This document shows, one piece after another, positions 6,045 to 14,280 of a stretch of DNA of 20,000 nt. A model generated the notes under the pieces. That model had not been told where the DNA came from, made no database searches, and saw only the letters and a list, made by a program, of their open reading frames with translations. A program made the translations under genes and the position numbers. The DNA is from an uncultured virus (IMG/VR IMGVR_UViG_3300031813_000014) (Duplodnaviria; Heunggongvirae; Uroviricota; Caudoviricetes): IMG/VR virus record IMGVR_UViG_3300031813_000014; one strand, 5' to 3'. Every line of letters starts with the position of its first letter. Position 1 is the stretch's first letter.

Positions 6045-7003
6045 CTTACACTGAACTTGTAACTGCAATACAGTCGTACACTGAGAATCAGTTTCCAGTC
6101 GTCTATTTGGCGGATGGAACAACTGAGTCTACTACTTCGCAGATTAACAGGTTCATTGAGCAAGCCGAACTAGGTATTTACAACACGATTCAGTTCCCCA
6201 GTTTAAGGTCTAGCAAAATAGGTACTTTAACTGCGGGGGTTGGGTATTTGTCTTGCCCAGATGACTTTTTGTCAGTGTATTCTTTGGCTGTATATCCAAC
6301 CACAGGCCCTAATGCCAACACCTATACGTTTTTAATTAATAAAGATGTTAATTTTATACGTGAGGCTTACCCAAATACTGGGTCTCTTTACTATTCAATG
6401 CCGCAGTACTATGCGCTGTTTGGCCCCCAATCAAATAATATTAACGAGCTTAGTTTTATTCTTGGGCCAACTCCAGATCAAGCGTACGCTACTGAGTTAA
6501 ATTATTACTACTACCCGCCATCAATTATCCAAGGTAATGTGACATCTTTGAATTTGGTCACGGCGGGTTCGGGGTACGTAAATGGAACTTATTATGACGT
6601 GCCTCTCACAGGTGGTAATGGTAACTCTTGTATTGCGATTATAAAAGTAACAGCCGGTGCTGTTGCATCTGTGACAGTTACCAGCGGTGGAGCTTTGTAT
6701 ATTGTTGGAGATACGTTGTCCGTAGCTTCATCATATATTGGAGCCAGCGGTTCAGGTTTTACCGCAAGTGTAATTAGTGTTGGTAATGCAACGGGTACTA
6801 GCTGGCTTGGGGATAATTTTGACTCTGTACTTTTGTATGGTTCTTTGGTTGAAGCATACACTTTCATGAAGGGCGAACAAGATTTGCTTGCTTTGTATGA
6901 GACTAAGTACAAAGAATCCCTTATGGAAGCTAAACGTCTTGGCGATGGCCTTGAAAGACAGGATGCCTACAGGTCTGGTCAATATCGTCAACCTGTTACC
7001 TGA
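6041..7003 (+). CDS. Second head-tail adaptor / tail tubular-like protein, with an internal Gly-rich beta domain
   Basis: GTG start with SD GAGG. MTYTELV.AIQSYTEN, FIEQAE..IYN.IQFP.LR, YL.CPDDFLSVYSLAV, KDVNFIREAYP, GPTPD..Y..EL.YYYYP and SWLGDNFDSVLLYGSLVEAY.FMKGE.D. Confidence 0.65.
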   Translation: MTYTELVTAIQSYTENQFPVVYLADGTTESTTSQINRFIEQAELGIYNTIQFPSLRSSKIGTLTAGVGYLSCPDDFLSVYSLAVYPTTGPNANTYTFLINKDVNFIREAYPNTGSLYYSMPQYYALFGPQSNNINELSFILGPTPDQAYATELNYYYYPPSIIQGNVTSLNLVTAGSGYVNGTYYDVPLTGGNGNSCIAIIKVTAGAVASVTVTSGGALYIVGDTLSVASSYIGASGSGFTASVISVGNATGTSWLGDNFDSVLLYGSLVEAYTFMKGEQDLLALYETKYKESLMEAKRLGDGLERQDAYRSGQYRQPVT

Positions 7004-7015
7004 TAGGAACAAACA

Positions 7016-7453
7016 ATGGCTTTTACGGGTAACTGGGTATGTAATACGTTTTTATCGGGCTTAATGAGTGGGGTGTATAACTTCAACACGGGCACGACGG
7101 AGACGTTTTACATTGCGTTGTACACCAACGCAGCAACACTCAACCAAAACACAACAGCATATACTTCCGTAGGTGAAGTGTCTGCAACAGGCTACACAGC
7201 AGGTGGTCAGTTATTGACCATCAACCAGGTACCAGCAGTAGATGTAAATACGCAGATTGCGTATATTTCATTTGCTAACGCTGTGTGGAATGGTGCTTTC
7301 ACTGCAAGGGGAGCTTTGATATACTTAAAGAATGGAACAACAAACCCAACAGTTTGCGTTCTTGACTTTGGGTCTGATAAGACTTCGAACAGTACTTTCA
7401 CGGTTCAATTTCCAGCGCCGACAAGTTCATCGGCAATCATTACAATTTCTTAA
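7016..7453 (+). CDS. Small beta-rich virion structural protein (tail- or fibre-associated candidate)
   Basis: 145 aa. FYIALYT..ATL...TTAYT..GEV...GYTAGG..L, FTARGALIY and VLDFGSDKT are recurrent phage structural motifs. Confidence 0.6.
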   Translation: MAFTGNWVCNTFLSGLMSGVYNFNTGTTETFYIALYTNAATLNQNTTAYTSVGEVSATGYTAGGQLLTINQVPAVDVNTQIAYISFANAVWNGAFTARGALIYLKNGTTNPTVCVLDFGSDKTSNSTFTVQFPAPTSSSAIITIS

Positions 7454-7462
7454 GGAGCTATC

Positions 7463-8086
7463 ATGACTATCGAACATCAAGGATGCGGAGACTTTGCAGT
7501 TGCATCATATCAAGCAAATGCACAGATCGAAAATTCAGTGGGTATTGAAGGTTTTTGGACAATGACTTGTTTAGACGAAAACGGCGACGTTAAGTGGGAA
7601 CAAGGGTTTGAGAACCAAGTCATGCAGGTTGGAAAAATCCTCATGATGAACACAACTTTGTATACTTCTTCAGGCTATACATTGACTGGTCCTTACCTTG
7701 GTTTGATTACTTCAAGCACAGGGTATTCACCTACAGACACAATGGCATCGCATTCTGACTGGGTGGAGTTTACTAACTACACTTACAGTGGTTCTGCTGT
7801 TCGTGCTACGATCGCTTGGAACTCAGGTGGTTCAACAGGTAACAACAGCACCACAGCAGGTTCTAACGTTGTGACTTTGTCCAACTCTTCAGCTCCCGCC
7901 GTGTACACCATCACAGGTGCTGGTGGTACAGTGACAGGTTGTTTCTTGGTGACGGGTTCAGGCGCTTCTAGTGCTCAAAGCTCGACCACAGGAACATTGT
8001 GGAGCGCTGGTGGATTTTCTACTGCTAAGACTACAACAGCAGGTGACACTGTAACTGTTACATACAACACAACAGCTACATCCTGA
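7463..8086 (+). CDS. Beta-rich virion structural protein
   Basis: 207 aa, SD AAGGAG. C.DENG.VKWE...EN.V...GK, YLGLI, DTMASH..W.EFTNY, GCFLV, GTLWSAG.F and GDT.TVTY. Confidence 0.6.
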   Translation: MTIEHQGCGDFAVASYQANAQIENSVGIEGFWTMTCLDENGDVKWEQGFENQVMQVGKILMMNTTLYTSSGYTLTGPYLGLITSSTGYSPTDTMASHSDWVEFTNYTYSGSAVRATIAWNSGGSTGNNSTTAGSNVVTLSNSSAPAVYTITGAGGTVTGCFLVTGSGASSAQSSTTGTLWSAGGFSTAKTTTAGDTVTVTYNTTATS

Positions 8087-8098
8087 TTGGGGTCTTGA

Positions 8099-10093
8099 AT
8101 GGCTCTTCAACTTGCCGATAGAGTCCAAGTAACCAGCTCAACGTACACAACGAGTAGTTTTACTCTTGGGTCCGCTGTTGCTGGCTATCAAAGCTTTACC
8201 GCATTAACAAGCGGAAACACAACCTATTATGCGGCTACTGATGGTAGCGGCAATTGGGAGGTGGGACTCGGCACGTACACTACGGGCGCACTCGCGCGAA
8301 CAACCATTCTTTCGTCCAGTAATTCTGGAAGCGTAGTTACATTTAGTGGAACAGTTAACGTATTTATTACATACCCTGCTGAGTACGCTATTTATACAGG
8401 TGGCCCTCTTGGTACACCCAGTTCAGGCACGCTAACTAATGCAACGGGTTTACCCATATCAAGTGGCGTATCTGGTTTGGGTACAGGCGTAGCAACCGCG
8501 CTAGCAGTTAACACAGGTTCTAGTGGTGCGTTTGTTGTCAATGGCGGTGCTTTGGGTACACCAAGCTCTGGAACACTTACAAACGCTTCAGGATTGCCTT
8601 TAACAACAGGTGTAACTGGAACTTTGCCAATTGCAAATGGTGGAACGGGTCAAATAACTGCTTCATCTGCTTTTAATGCTCTTTCACCAATCACCACTAC
8701 GGGTGATTTGATCATTGGAAATGGTACAAACAGTGCAACAAAACTTGGAATTGGCACTAGCACTTACGTACTTACTTCAAACGGTACAACAGCGAGTTGG
8801 CAGCCAGCTTCTAGTAGCGGTGTATCTACTTTTTCTGCTGGGACAACAGGCTTTACCCCTAGTACTGCAACAAGTGGGGCAGTAACTCTTTCTGGTACTT
8901 TAAATACCGGAAACGGGGGTACAGGTTTAACTACGTTTACTGCTGCAAACTATGCCCTTTATTCAACATCCAGCTCAGCTTTAACAGCAGGTACTTTACC
9001 TGTTGCAGCAGGTGGTACTGGCACAACATCATTAACTGCAGGGTACATACCTTACGGTAATGGCACTTCACCTCATGCATCATCATCTGCATTTACCTAT
9101 ACATCAACAGGTTTATCTCTCACAGGATATACGGCAAATACCGCTACCAGCGTTGGTTGGTTAAACGTTGGTAGCGGTGGGTACAGCAATTCGTTTAGCG
9201 GTCAAGTTGCATCATTTTCTGGTGGCGACACAGGAAACTTAAACGTAAGTTTGGTCAACACCAGCAGCGCAAATACAGCATATGCAGCTTATGCCGTGGG
9301 TAATAATAACTACGGTGCTACATACTATATGGAGATGGGTACTAACTCGTCTGCTTATAGCTACTCAGCAGCAGGTTATCCTAATAATTCTTTTAGTTTA
9401 GCTAATGCTAACTTTATTGAATCTGGTGGTGGCGACTTAGTTATTGGTACTTGGAGCAGTAATCCAATTCATTTTTTGATTAATGGTAATACCAATACAA
9501 CCGATGCAATGACTATTAATACGTCAGGGGCTTTTGCATTTAACGGGTCATATGGTAGTTCCAACCAAGCTTTGGTCTCTGCTGGTAGTGCAAGCCCTCC
9601 AACATGGACTTCAGTGCCTTTGTTAAGCGCTGCAAATACTTGGACTGCCACTCAAACATTTAGTGGATCGACAAGCACTTTTGCTTCCGTGTTACTAAAC
9701 ACCGCTGAGACAGTTAACGTTCAATCTGGCGCCCCAACGTCTACTGATACTTTTTACTTACAAAGCGGAAGCGTGTTGTATTTTCAAACTGCAACATCTA
9801 CTTCATGGACACTCAACGTTTCTTTTAGTAGCGGTACAACTTTAAATTCTGCTTTGGCAGTTGGACAGTCAACCACTTGTGCTTTATTAATTACACAAGG
9901 TTCTGGTGGTGCAAGTTATTACCAAACGGGTTTTCAAATTGATGGAAGCACCTCTGGTGTGACAGTGTATTGGCAGGGTGGGTCTGCGCCTGCAAAAGGG
10001 TATGCGAGCGGTATTGACGTATATACTTTTACCATTATTAAAACTGCAAGTACGCCTACATATACTGTACTTGCTTCACAAACTCAGTTTTAA
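8099..10093 (+). CDS. Tail fibre protein 1
   Basis: 664 aa, S/T/G/A-rich. N-terminal MAL.LADRV...WEVGLGTY...RTTILSSSNSGS.V.F..VFITYPA attachment-like domain, GGTG fibre repeats and a C-terminal ...WQGGSAP..G.ASGIDVYTFTIIKT.S.TYTVLASQTQF domain. Confidence 0.8.
   Translation: MALQLADRVQVTSSTYTTSSFTLGSAVAGYQSFTALTSGNTTYYAATDGSGNWEVGLGTYTTGALARTTILSSSNSGSVVTFSGTVNVFITYPAEYAIYTGGPLGTPSSGTLTNATGLPISSGVSGLGTGVATALAVNTGSSGAFVVNGGALGTPSSGTLTNASGLPLTTGVTGTLPIANGGTGQITASSAFNALSPITTTGDLIIGNGTNSATKLGIGTSTYVLTSNGTTASWQPASSSGVSTFSAGTTGFTPSTATSGAVTLSGTLNTGNGGTGLTTFTAANYALYSTSSSALTAGTLPVAAGGTGTTSLTAGYIPYGNGTSPHASSSAFTYTSTGLSLTGYTANTATSVGWLNVGSGGYSNSFSGQVASFSGGDTGNLNVSLVNTSSANTAYAAYAVGNNNYGATYYMEMGTNSSAYSYSAAGYPNNSFSLANANFIESGGGDLVIGTWSSNPIHFLINGNTNTTDAMTINTSGAFAFNGSYGSSNQALVSAGSASPPTWTSVPLLSAANTWTATQTFSGSTSTFASVLLNTAETVNVQSGAPTSTDTFYLQSGSVLYFQTATSTSWTLNVSFSSGTTLNSALAVGQSTTCALLITQGSGGASYYQTGFQIDGSTSGVTVYWQGGSAPAKGYASGIDVYTFTIIKTASTPTYTVLASQTQF
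8399..8620 (+). repeat. Duplicated fibre motif GGxLGTPSSGTLTNAxGLP
   Basis: Copies begin at 8399 and 8543, 144 nt (48 aa) apart. Confidence 0.85.
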
Positions 10094-10104
10094 AGGGTAA
10101 TCGG

Positions 10105-11190
10105 ATGCCAACGATTATTACCGCCGGAAACGCTGCAGCAAGAGGATATGGGTTTGCAGGCGCCGCTGCCGTTGTACCGGGCCTGTTTACTTTTACAAAT
10201 TTTTCAGCTGTGAACGGTAGTGGTACCGTCAACTATTTGTGCGGTATTAGCTATAACCCATATTATGGTAGATGGGTTATTGGCGGTCGAAGTAGCGGTA
10301 ATTTACCTTCATGGGCTGGTTCGGCTGACGGTGTTACTTGGACAACACCTGCAACTGTTGGGTCTGTTCAGTTACCCAACATGACTGGCGTTAGCCAAAA
10401 CTCCAGTACAACTACTAATTACATGGCAGTTTTTGGAGCTACTGCTACGGGTACTGGGGAATACATATATACAAGTAATGGCGGAACAAGTTTTGTAGCA
10501 TCATCATCTATTATTTCTAACGCTTTTTTAGTTACACCAACGGTTGCTACTAATTCTGCTTCTGGATCGGGTTTTGTAGGTCGTGGTAGTTCTAACGGGC
10601 TGCCATACTTTGTTCAAAGTGGATTCAGTGGCACTGCTGGAAGCTGGGCAGCTATCTCGTCGACCGCGTACACATTTAATTGTGGAACACCCACAAGTAC
10701 TCGTGGAAGTATATTTTATGGAAACAGCCCATCAACGGGTTATGTGTATTACACGCAAACAACTCTCTATTCCACATTTACTGCGCCTGCGATAATAAAC
10801 TCAAATACCGCAGTGGCTCCTATGGTAGCCGCAACAAATAATGGATACTCAAGTGGTACCCAAATGGCAATCTCGTCTAACGGCTATGTTGTAAGTGTGG
10901 GTGCTTCTGGCGGTTTCAGCGGTCCAACATTAGCACTTCCTAGCGGTGTTACTTGGTCTAAACTTGTTTATTGCAGCGTTTCTGGCACTGGGTATTGGGT
11001 GGCTATTGGGATAAATTCTAGTAGTTATCCTGTATATAGCTATTCAAGTAACACGGGTTCTACTTGGTCCGCTGCCGTTGTTGTGCAAGCTACCAACACT
11101 GTGACTGTTACTGGGGCTGCATCAGATGGTTCAAAAATAGTTATAGTTGGATATAATTCTAGCGGTATACCTGTATATTCACATTCATAA
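10105..11190 (+). CDS. Putative fibre-tip or receptor-binding protein with Asp-box/BNR-like repeats (beta-propeller)
   Basis: 361 aa. Short N-terminal MPTIIT.G.AAARGYGF segment, then SADGVTWT, YTSNGGTSF and YSSNTGSTWS. Directly follows fibre 1. Confidence 0.6.
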   Translation: MPTIITAGNAAARGYGFAGAAAVVPGLFTFTNFSAVNGSGTVNYLCGISYNPYYGRWVIGGRSSGNLPSWAGSADGVTWTTPATVGSVQLPNMTGVSQNSSTTTNYMAVFGATATGTGEYIYTSNGGTSFVASSSIISNAFLVTPTVATNSASGSGFVGRGSSNGLPYFVQSGFSGTAGSWAAISSTAYTFNCGTPTSTRGSIFYGNSPSTGYVYYTQTTLYSTFTAPAIINSNTAVAPMVAATNNGYSSGTQMAISSNGYVVSVGASGGFSGPTLALPSGVTWSKLVYCSVSGTGYWVAIGINSSSYPVYSYSSNTGSTWSAAVVVQATNTVTVTGAASDGSKIVIVGYNSSGIPVYSHS

Positions 11191-11205
11191 ATAGGAGGTA
11201 CGTAA

Positions 11206-14200
11206 ATGTTCGGCACCTCCGCATTCGCCCAAACGCCGTTTGCGGCATTAGTAAAAACAAGTACTAACTACGCTCTTAGTATTTCGGAGGACGCTGGTTG
11301 GTCTGAATCTGAAACGGGAACGTTTAGTCTTTTATTTAGCACATCAGAGGATGCTGGTTGGGCTGAAACCGAGTCAGGCGCATTTAGTTTTTTATTTAGT
11401 ACTTCAGAAAACGCTGGCTGGGCTGAATCTGAAACGGGAACGTTTAGTCTTTTATTTAGCACATCAGAGAACGCTGGTTGGGCTGAAACAGATTCAGCTT
11501 CTGCAAACTTTCCGCTCAGCAAATCCGAAGATGCTGGCTGGGCTGAAACAGATTTAGCAACAGCTAATTTCCCGCTAAGCAGATCTGAGGATGCAAGTTG
11601 GGCTGAAACGGATTCGGCTGCGTTTGTTTTTTCTTTTAGTGTTTTTGAAAATACAAATTGGGCGGAGTCAGAATCTGCAAGTATTAGTTTTAGGTTTAGT
11701 ACAACAGAAGATGCTGGTTGGGCCGACGCTGAATCTGTCGCGGAAATATTTTCTGTATCTGTATCAGAGAATGTTGGCTGGGCTGAATCTGAATTTATAT
11801 CAGAAGTATTCTTTGTATCTATATCAGAGAATGCGGGATGGGACGATACCCGAGTTATTTCGGAAGCGTTCTCTTTGTCTGTATCAGAAAGCGTTGGTTG
11901 GATTGATTCAGAATCTGCAAGTATTAGCTTTGTATTTAGTACATCAGAAGATGTTAGCTGGGCTGATACTAAATCTTTAATCGAAGCTTATTTTGTATCT
12001 ATATCAGAAAATACTGGTTGGGCTGATTCTGAGTCTTTAGCCGCTGAGTTTTCTGAATCTATTTCAGAAGATGCTAGCTGGGCTGATTCTGAAACCAATA
12101 CTGCAACGTTAAGTGTATCAATCTCAGAACCCACAAATTGGGCTGAATCAGATTCCGCAACGGCTAACTTCCCACTAAGCAGGTCTGAAAACACGGGTTG
12201 GGCTGAGTCTGAGTCTTTTACAATTTATTTTTCAGCGTCTGTATCTGAAGACGTTGCTTGGGCTGATTCTAATTCTGCTGGCAACAGTATTGCCTTAAGT
12301 ATTTCCGAAGACGCAAATTGGGCTGAATCGGAAACCATAACCGCTTCGTTTGCAGCGTCTGTATCTGAAGACGTTGCTTGGGCTGAAGCTGCAACAACAT
12401 TTGCTGTTATTCTATTCACAGCAGCTGAAGATGTTGGATTTATAGCTTCAAATTCATTCCAAGAGCTTTTACAGTTTTTTATTACTGAGGGGTTGCAAGT
12501 AGATGACTCAGAGTCAAATACTGCATCGCTTAATGTATCAATCTCGGAAGACAGTCAATATAGCGACTCGGAGTCTAGTAGCAATCAATTCACTGCTTCA
12601 ATCACTGAAGACCAACAGTTTGCAGATTTTTCATCGCTTCAGTTCCTGTATTTCCTTAGTGTTACTGAAGATCAACAGTACAACAATTCTGAGTCTAATA
12701 CTGCAAACCTCAATGTATCAATCACTGAAGACCAACAACTCGCAGATTTTTCAGCGCTTCAGTTCCTGTATTTCTTCAGCATCACTGAGGCCAATCAATT
12801 AGCTGAGACTGAAGCTAATATAAACACATTCCCATTTTCAATCACTGAAGACCAACAGTTTGCAGATTTTTCAACGCTGCAATTCTTGTACTTCCTCAGT
12901 ATTACTGAAGACCAACAATACAACAATACTGAGTCAAATGCAGTCGCATATAGCGCTTCAATTGTTGAAGCTCAACAACTCGCAGATTTTTCAGCTCTTA
13001 ACTTCTTGTATTTCCTTAGCATTACTGAGGACAACCAACTAGCTGAAACCGAGTTCAACATTAGTTTCTACACCGATTCAATTACTGAAGACCAACAGTT
13101 TGCAGAAACCGACGTAATTAATTCTTTGTATTTTCTTAGTGTTACAGAAAATGCTCAATGGGCAGATGCTGAAGACGTGCTTGGGGAATTCAACGTTTCA
13201 ATTTCTGAGGACAGCCAATATAACGATAATTCGTCTACATCAAACGCTTTTGTAGCTTCTATTACTGAAAACAACCAACCCGCAGAATTTTCAGCTCTTC
13301 AGTTTTTATACTTCTTAAGTATTACTGAAGATAATGAATTAGCGGATGCAGAATCAAACACTGCAACACTAAACGTATCAGTATCTGAAAATACCCAACT
13401 AGCTGACACAGAAAGCGTTCTTGGTGAATTTTATGTTTCTGTTTTTGAGGATGCTCAGTATGCAGATACTGAATCTAATAACGCGACGCTTGATTTGTCG
13501 ATTACTGAAGACCAACAGTTCACAGATTTCTCGGCCCTTCAGTTTTTGTACTTCTTAAGTATTATTGAAGACAACCAATTGGCGGATTCGGAGTCAAATA
13601 CTGCCACCCTTAATTTGTCAATCACTGAAGACACCAAATGGGGAGACACAGTATTTGTTTCTGCTGGATTTGCCGGTTCCGTTACAGAAGGCCAACAATT
13701 TGCTGAATCTTCAGACCTGCACTTTATATACTATTTGAGTGTTAGCGAAGATGCCCAGTACGCAGATACAAATGCGACAAGGTGGGACTGGGTTAATTCA
13801 ATCGAAGAATCGTACAATATTTATGATGCGCCGTTATACTTAAATTTAGCTGCAATTGCGAGCATAACTGAAAACGCTGGGTGGGCTGAGACTGAATCAA
13901 ATTTAACTAAATTCTATGCTAATGTAACAGAAACCATTACACTTGCAGATGTTTTAAGTTTGATTGTAATTTGGAACGTCACAGATGGCATGTCCATGGG
14001 TGATGCTGTTTTCATATCGGTTGCAACAGCGCTTTCGATTGTTGAAGATTTTCAATCAATTGAGACAATGGATGAGACAGGCTTTGGGACAGTGGTGAAC
14101 GTGCAAAACGCTGATTGGCCTACAGGTAATGGTGGCGCGCCATCCCAGTCTGCTGGTTGGCCTACAGGTGGCGGCGGTGCGCCAGCTCAATCTGCTGGTT

Positions 14201-14268
14201 GGCCTGATACTTTTGGTGGAGCGCCTGCGCAGTCAGCAGGATGGCAAGCGGTTAACAACAGTACTTAG
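11206..14268 (+). CDS. Large acidic repeat protein, putative virion fibre, scaffold or ruler
   Basis: 1020 aa, SD AGGAGG. N-terminus MFGTSAFAQTPFAAL, about 44 tandem 20-aa repeats, only about 10 Lys+Arg and no Cys. Confidence 0.8.
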   Translation: MFGTSAFAQTPFAALVKTSTNYALSISEDAGWSESETGTFSLLFSTSEDAGWAETESGAFSFLFSTSENAGWAESETGTFSLLFSTSENAGWAETDSASANFPLSKSEDAGWAETDLATANFPLSRSEDASWAETDSAAFVFSFSVFENTNWAESESASISFRFSTTEDAGWADAESVAEIFSVSVSENVGWAESEFISEVFFVSISENAGWDDTRVISEAFSLSVSESVGWIDSESASISFVFSTSEDVSWADTKSLIEAYFVSISENTGWADSESLAAEFSESISEDASWADSETNTATLSVSISEPTNWAESDSATANFPLSRSENTGWAESESFTIYFSASVSEDVAWADSNSAGNSIALSISEDANWAESETITASFAASVSEDVAWAEAATTFAVILFTAAEDVGFIASNSFQELLQFFITEGLQVDDSESNTASLNVSISEDSQYSDSESSSNQFTASITEDQQFADFSSLQFLYFLSVTEDQQYNNSESNTANLNVSITEDQQLADFSALQFLYFFSITEANQLAETEANINTFPFSITEDQQFADFSTLQFLYFLSITEDQQYNNTESNAVAYSASIVEAQQLADFSALNFLYFLSITEDNQLAETEFNISFYTDSITEDQQFAETDVINSLYFLSVTENAQWADAEDVLGEFNVSISEDSQYNDNSSTSNAFVASITENNQPAEFSALQFLYFLSITEDNELADAESNTATLNVSVSENTQLADTESVLGEFYVSVFEDAQYADTESNNATLDLSITEDQQFTDFSALQFLYFLSIIEDNQLADSESNTATLNLSITEDTKWGDTVFVSAGFAGSVTEGQQFAESSDLHFIYYLSVSEDAQYADTNATRWDWVNSIEESYNIYDAPLYLNLAAIASITENAGWAETESNLTKFYANVTETITLADVLSLIVIWNVTDGMSMGDAVFISVATALSIVEDFQSIETMDETGFGTVVNVQNADWPTGNGGAPSQSAGWPTGGGGAPAQSAGWPDTFGGAPAQSAGWQAVNNST
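11281..13920 (+). repeat. Degenerate in-frame 60-bp tandem repeat array (about 44 units)
   Basis: Every 60-nt step from 11281 to 13861 begins with x-(S/T)-E-(D/N)-like codons, e.g. ACATCAGAGGATGCTGGTTGGGCTGA and ATCACTGAAGACCAACAGTTTGCAGA. The register is kept without indels. Confidence 0.95.
14107..14244 (+). repeat. 42-bp (14-aa) repeats SAGWPxxxGGAPAQ at the C-terminus of the acidic protein
   Basis: Units start at 14107, 14149 and 14191, with a partial unit at 14233. Confidence 0.9.
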
Positions 14269-14280
14269 TAAGGGGAAAAA

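Noticed and set aside
11281..13920. 60-bp periodic array as a possible CRISPR array
   Set aside because: Units are degenerate mainly at synonymous positions, lie in frame within a 1020-aa ORF and lack an invariant repeat plus unique spacer structure. No cas genes are present.
11206..14268. Classical tail tape-measure protein
   Set aside because: Composition is strongly acidic with beta-type alternation rather than Ala/Leu/Lys-rich helices, and no tail tube or tail assembly chaperone genes precede it. It is retained only as a ruler-like hypothesis.
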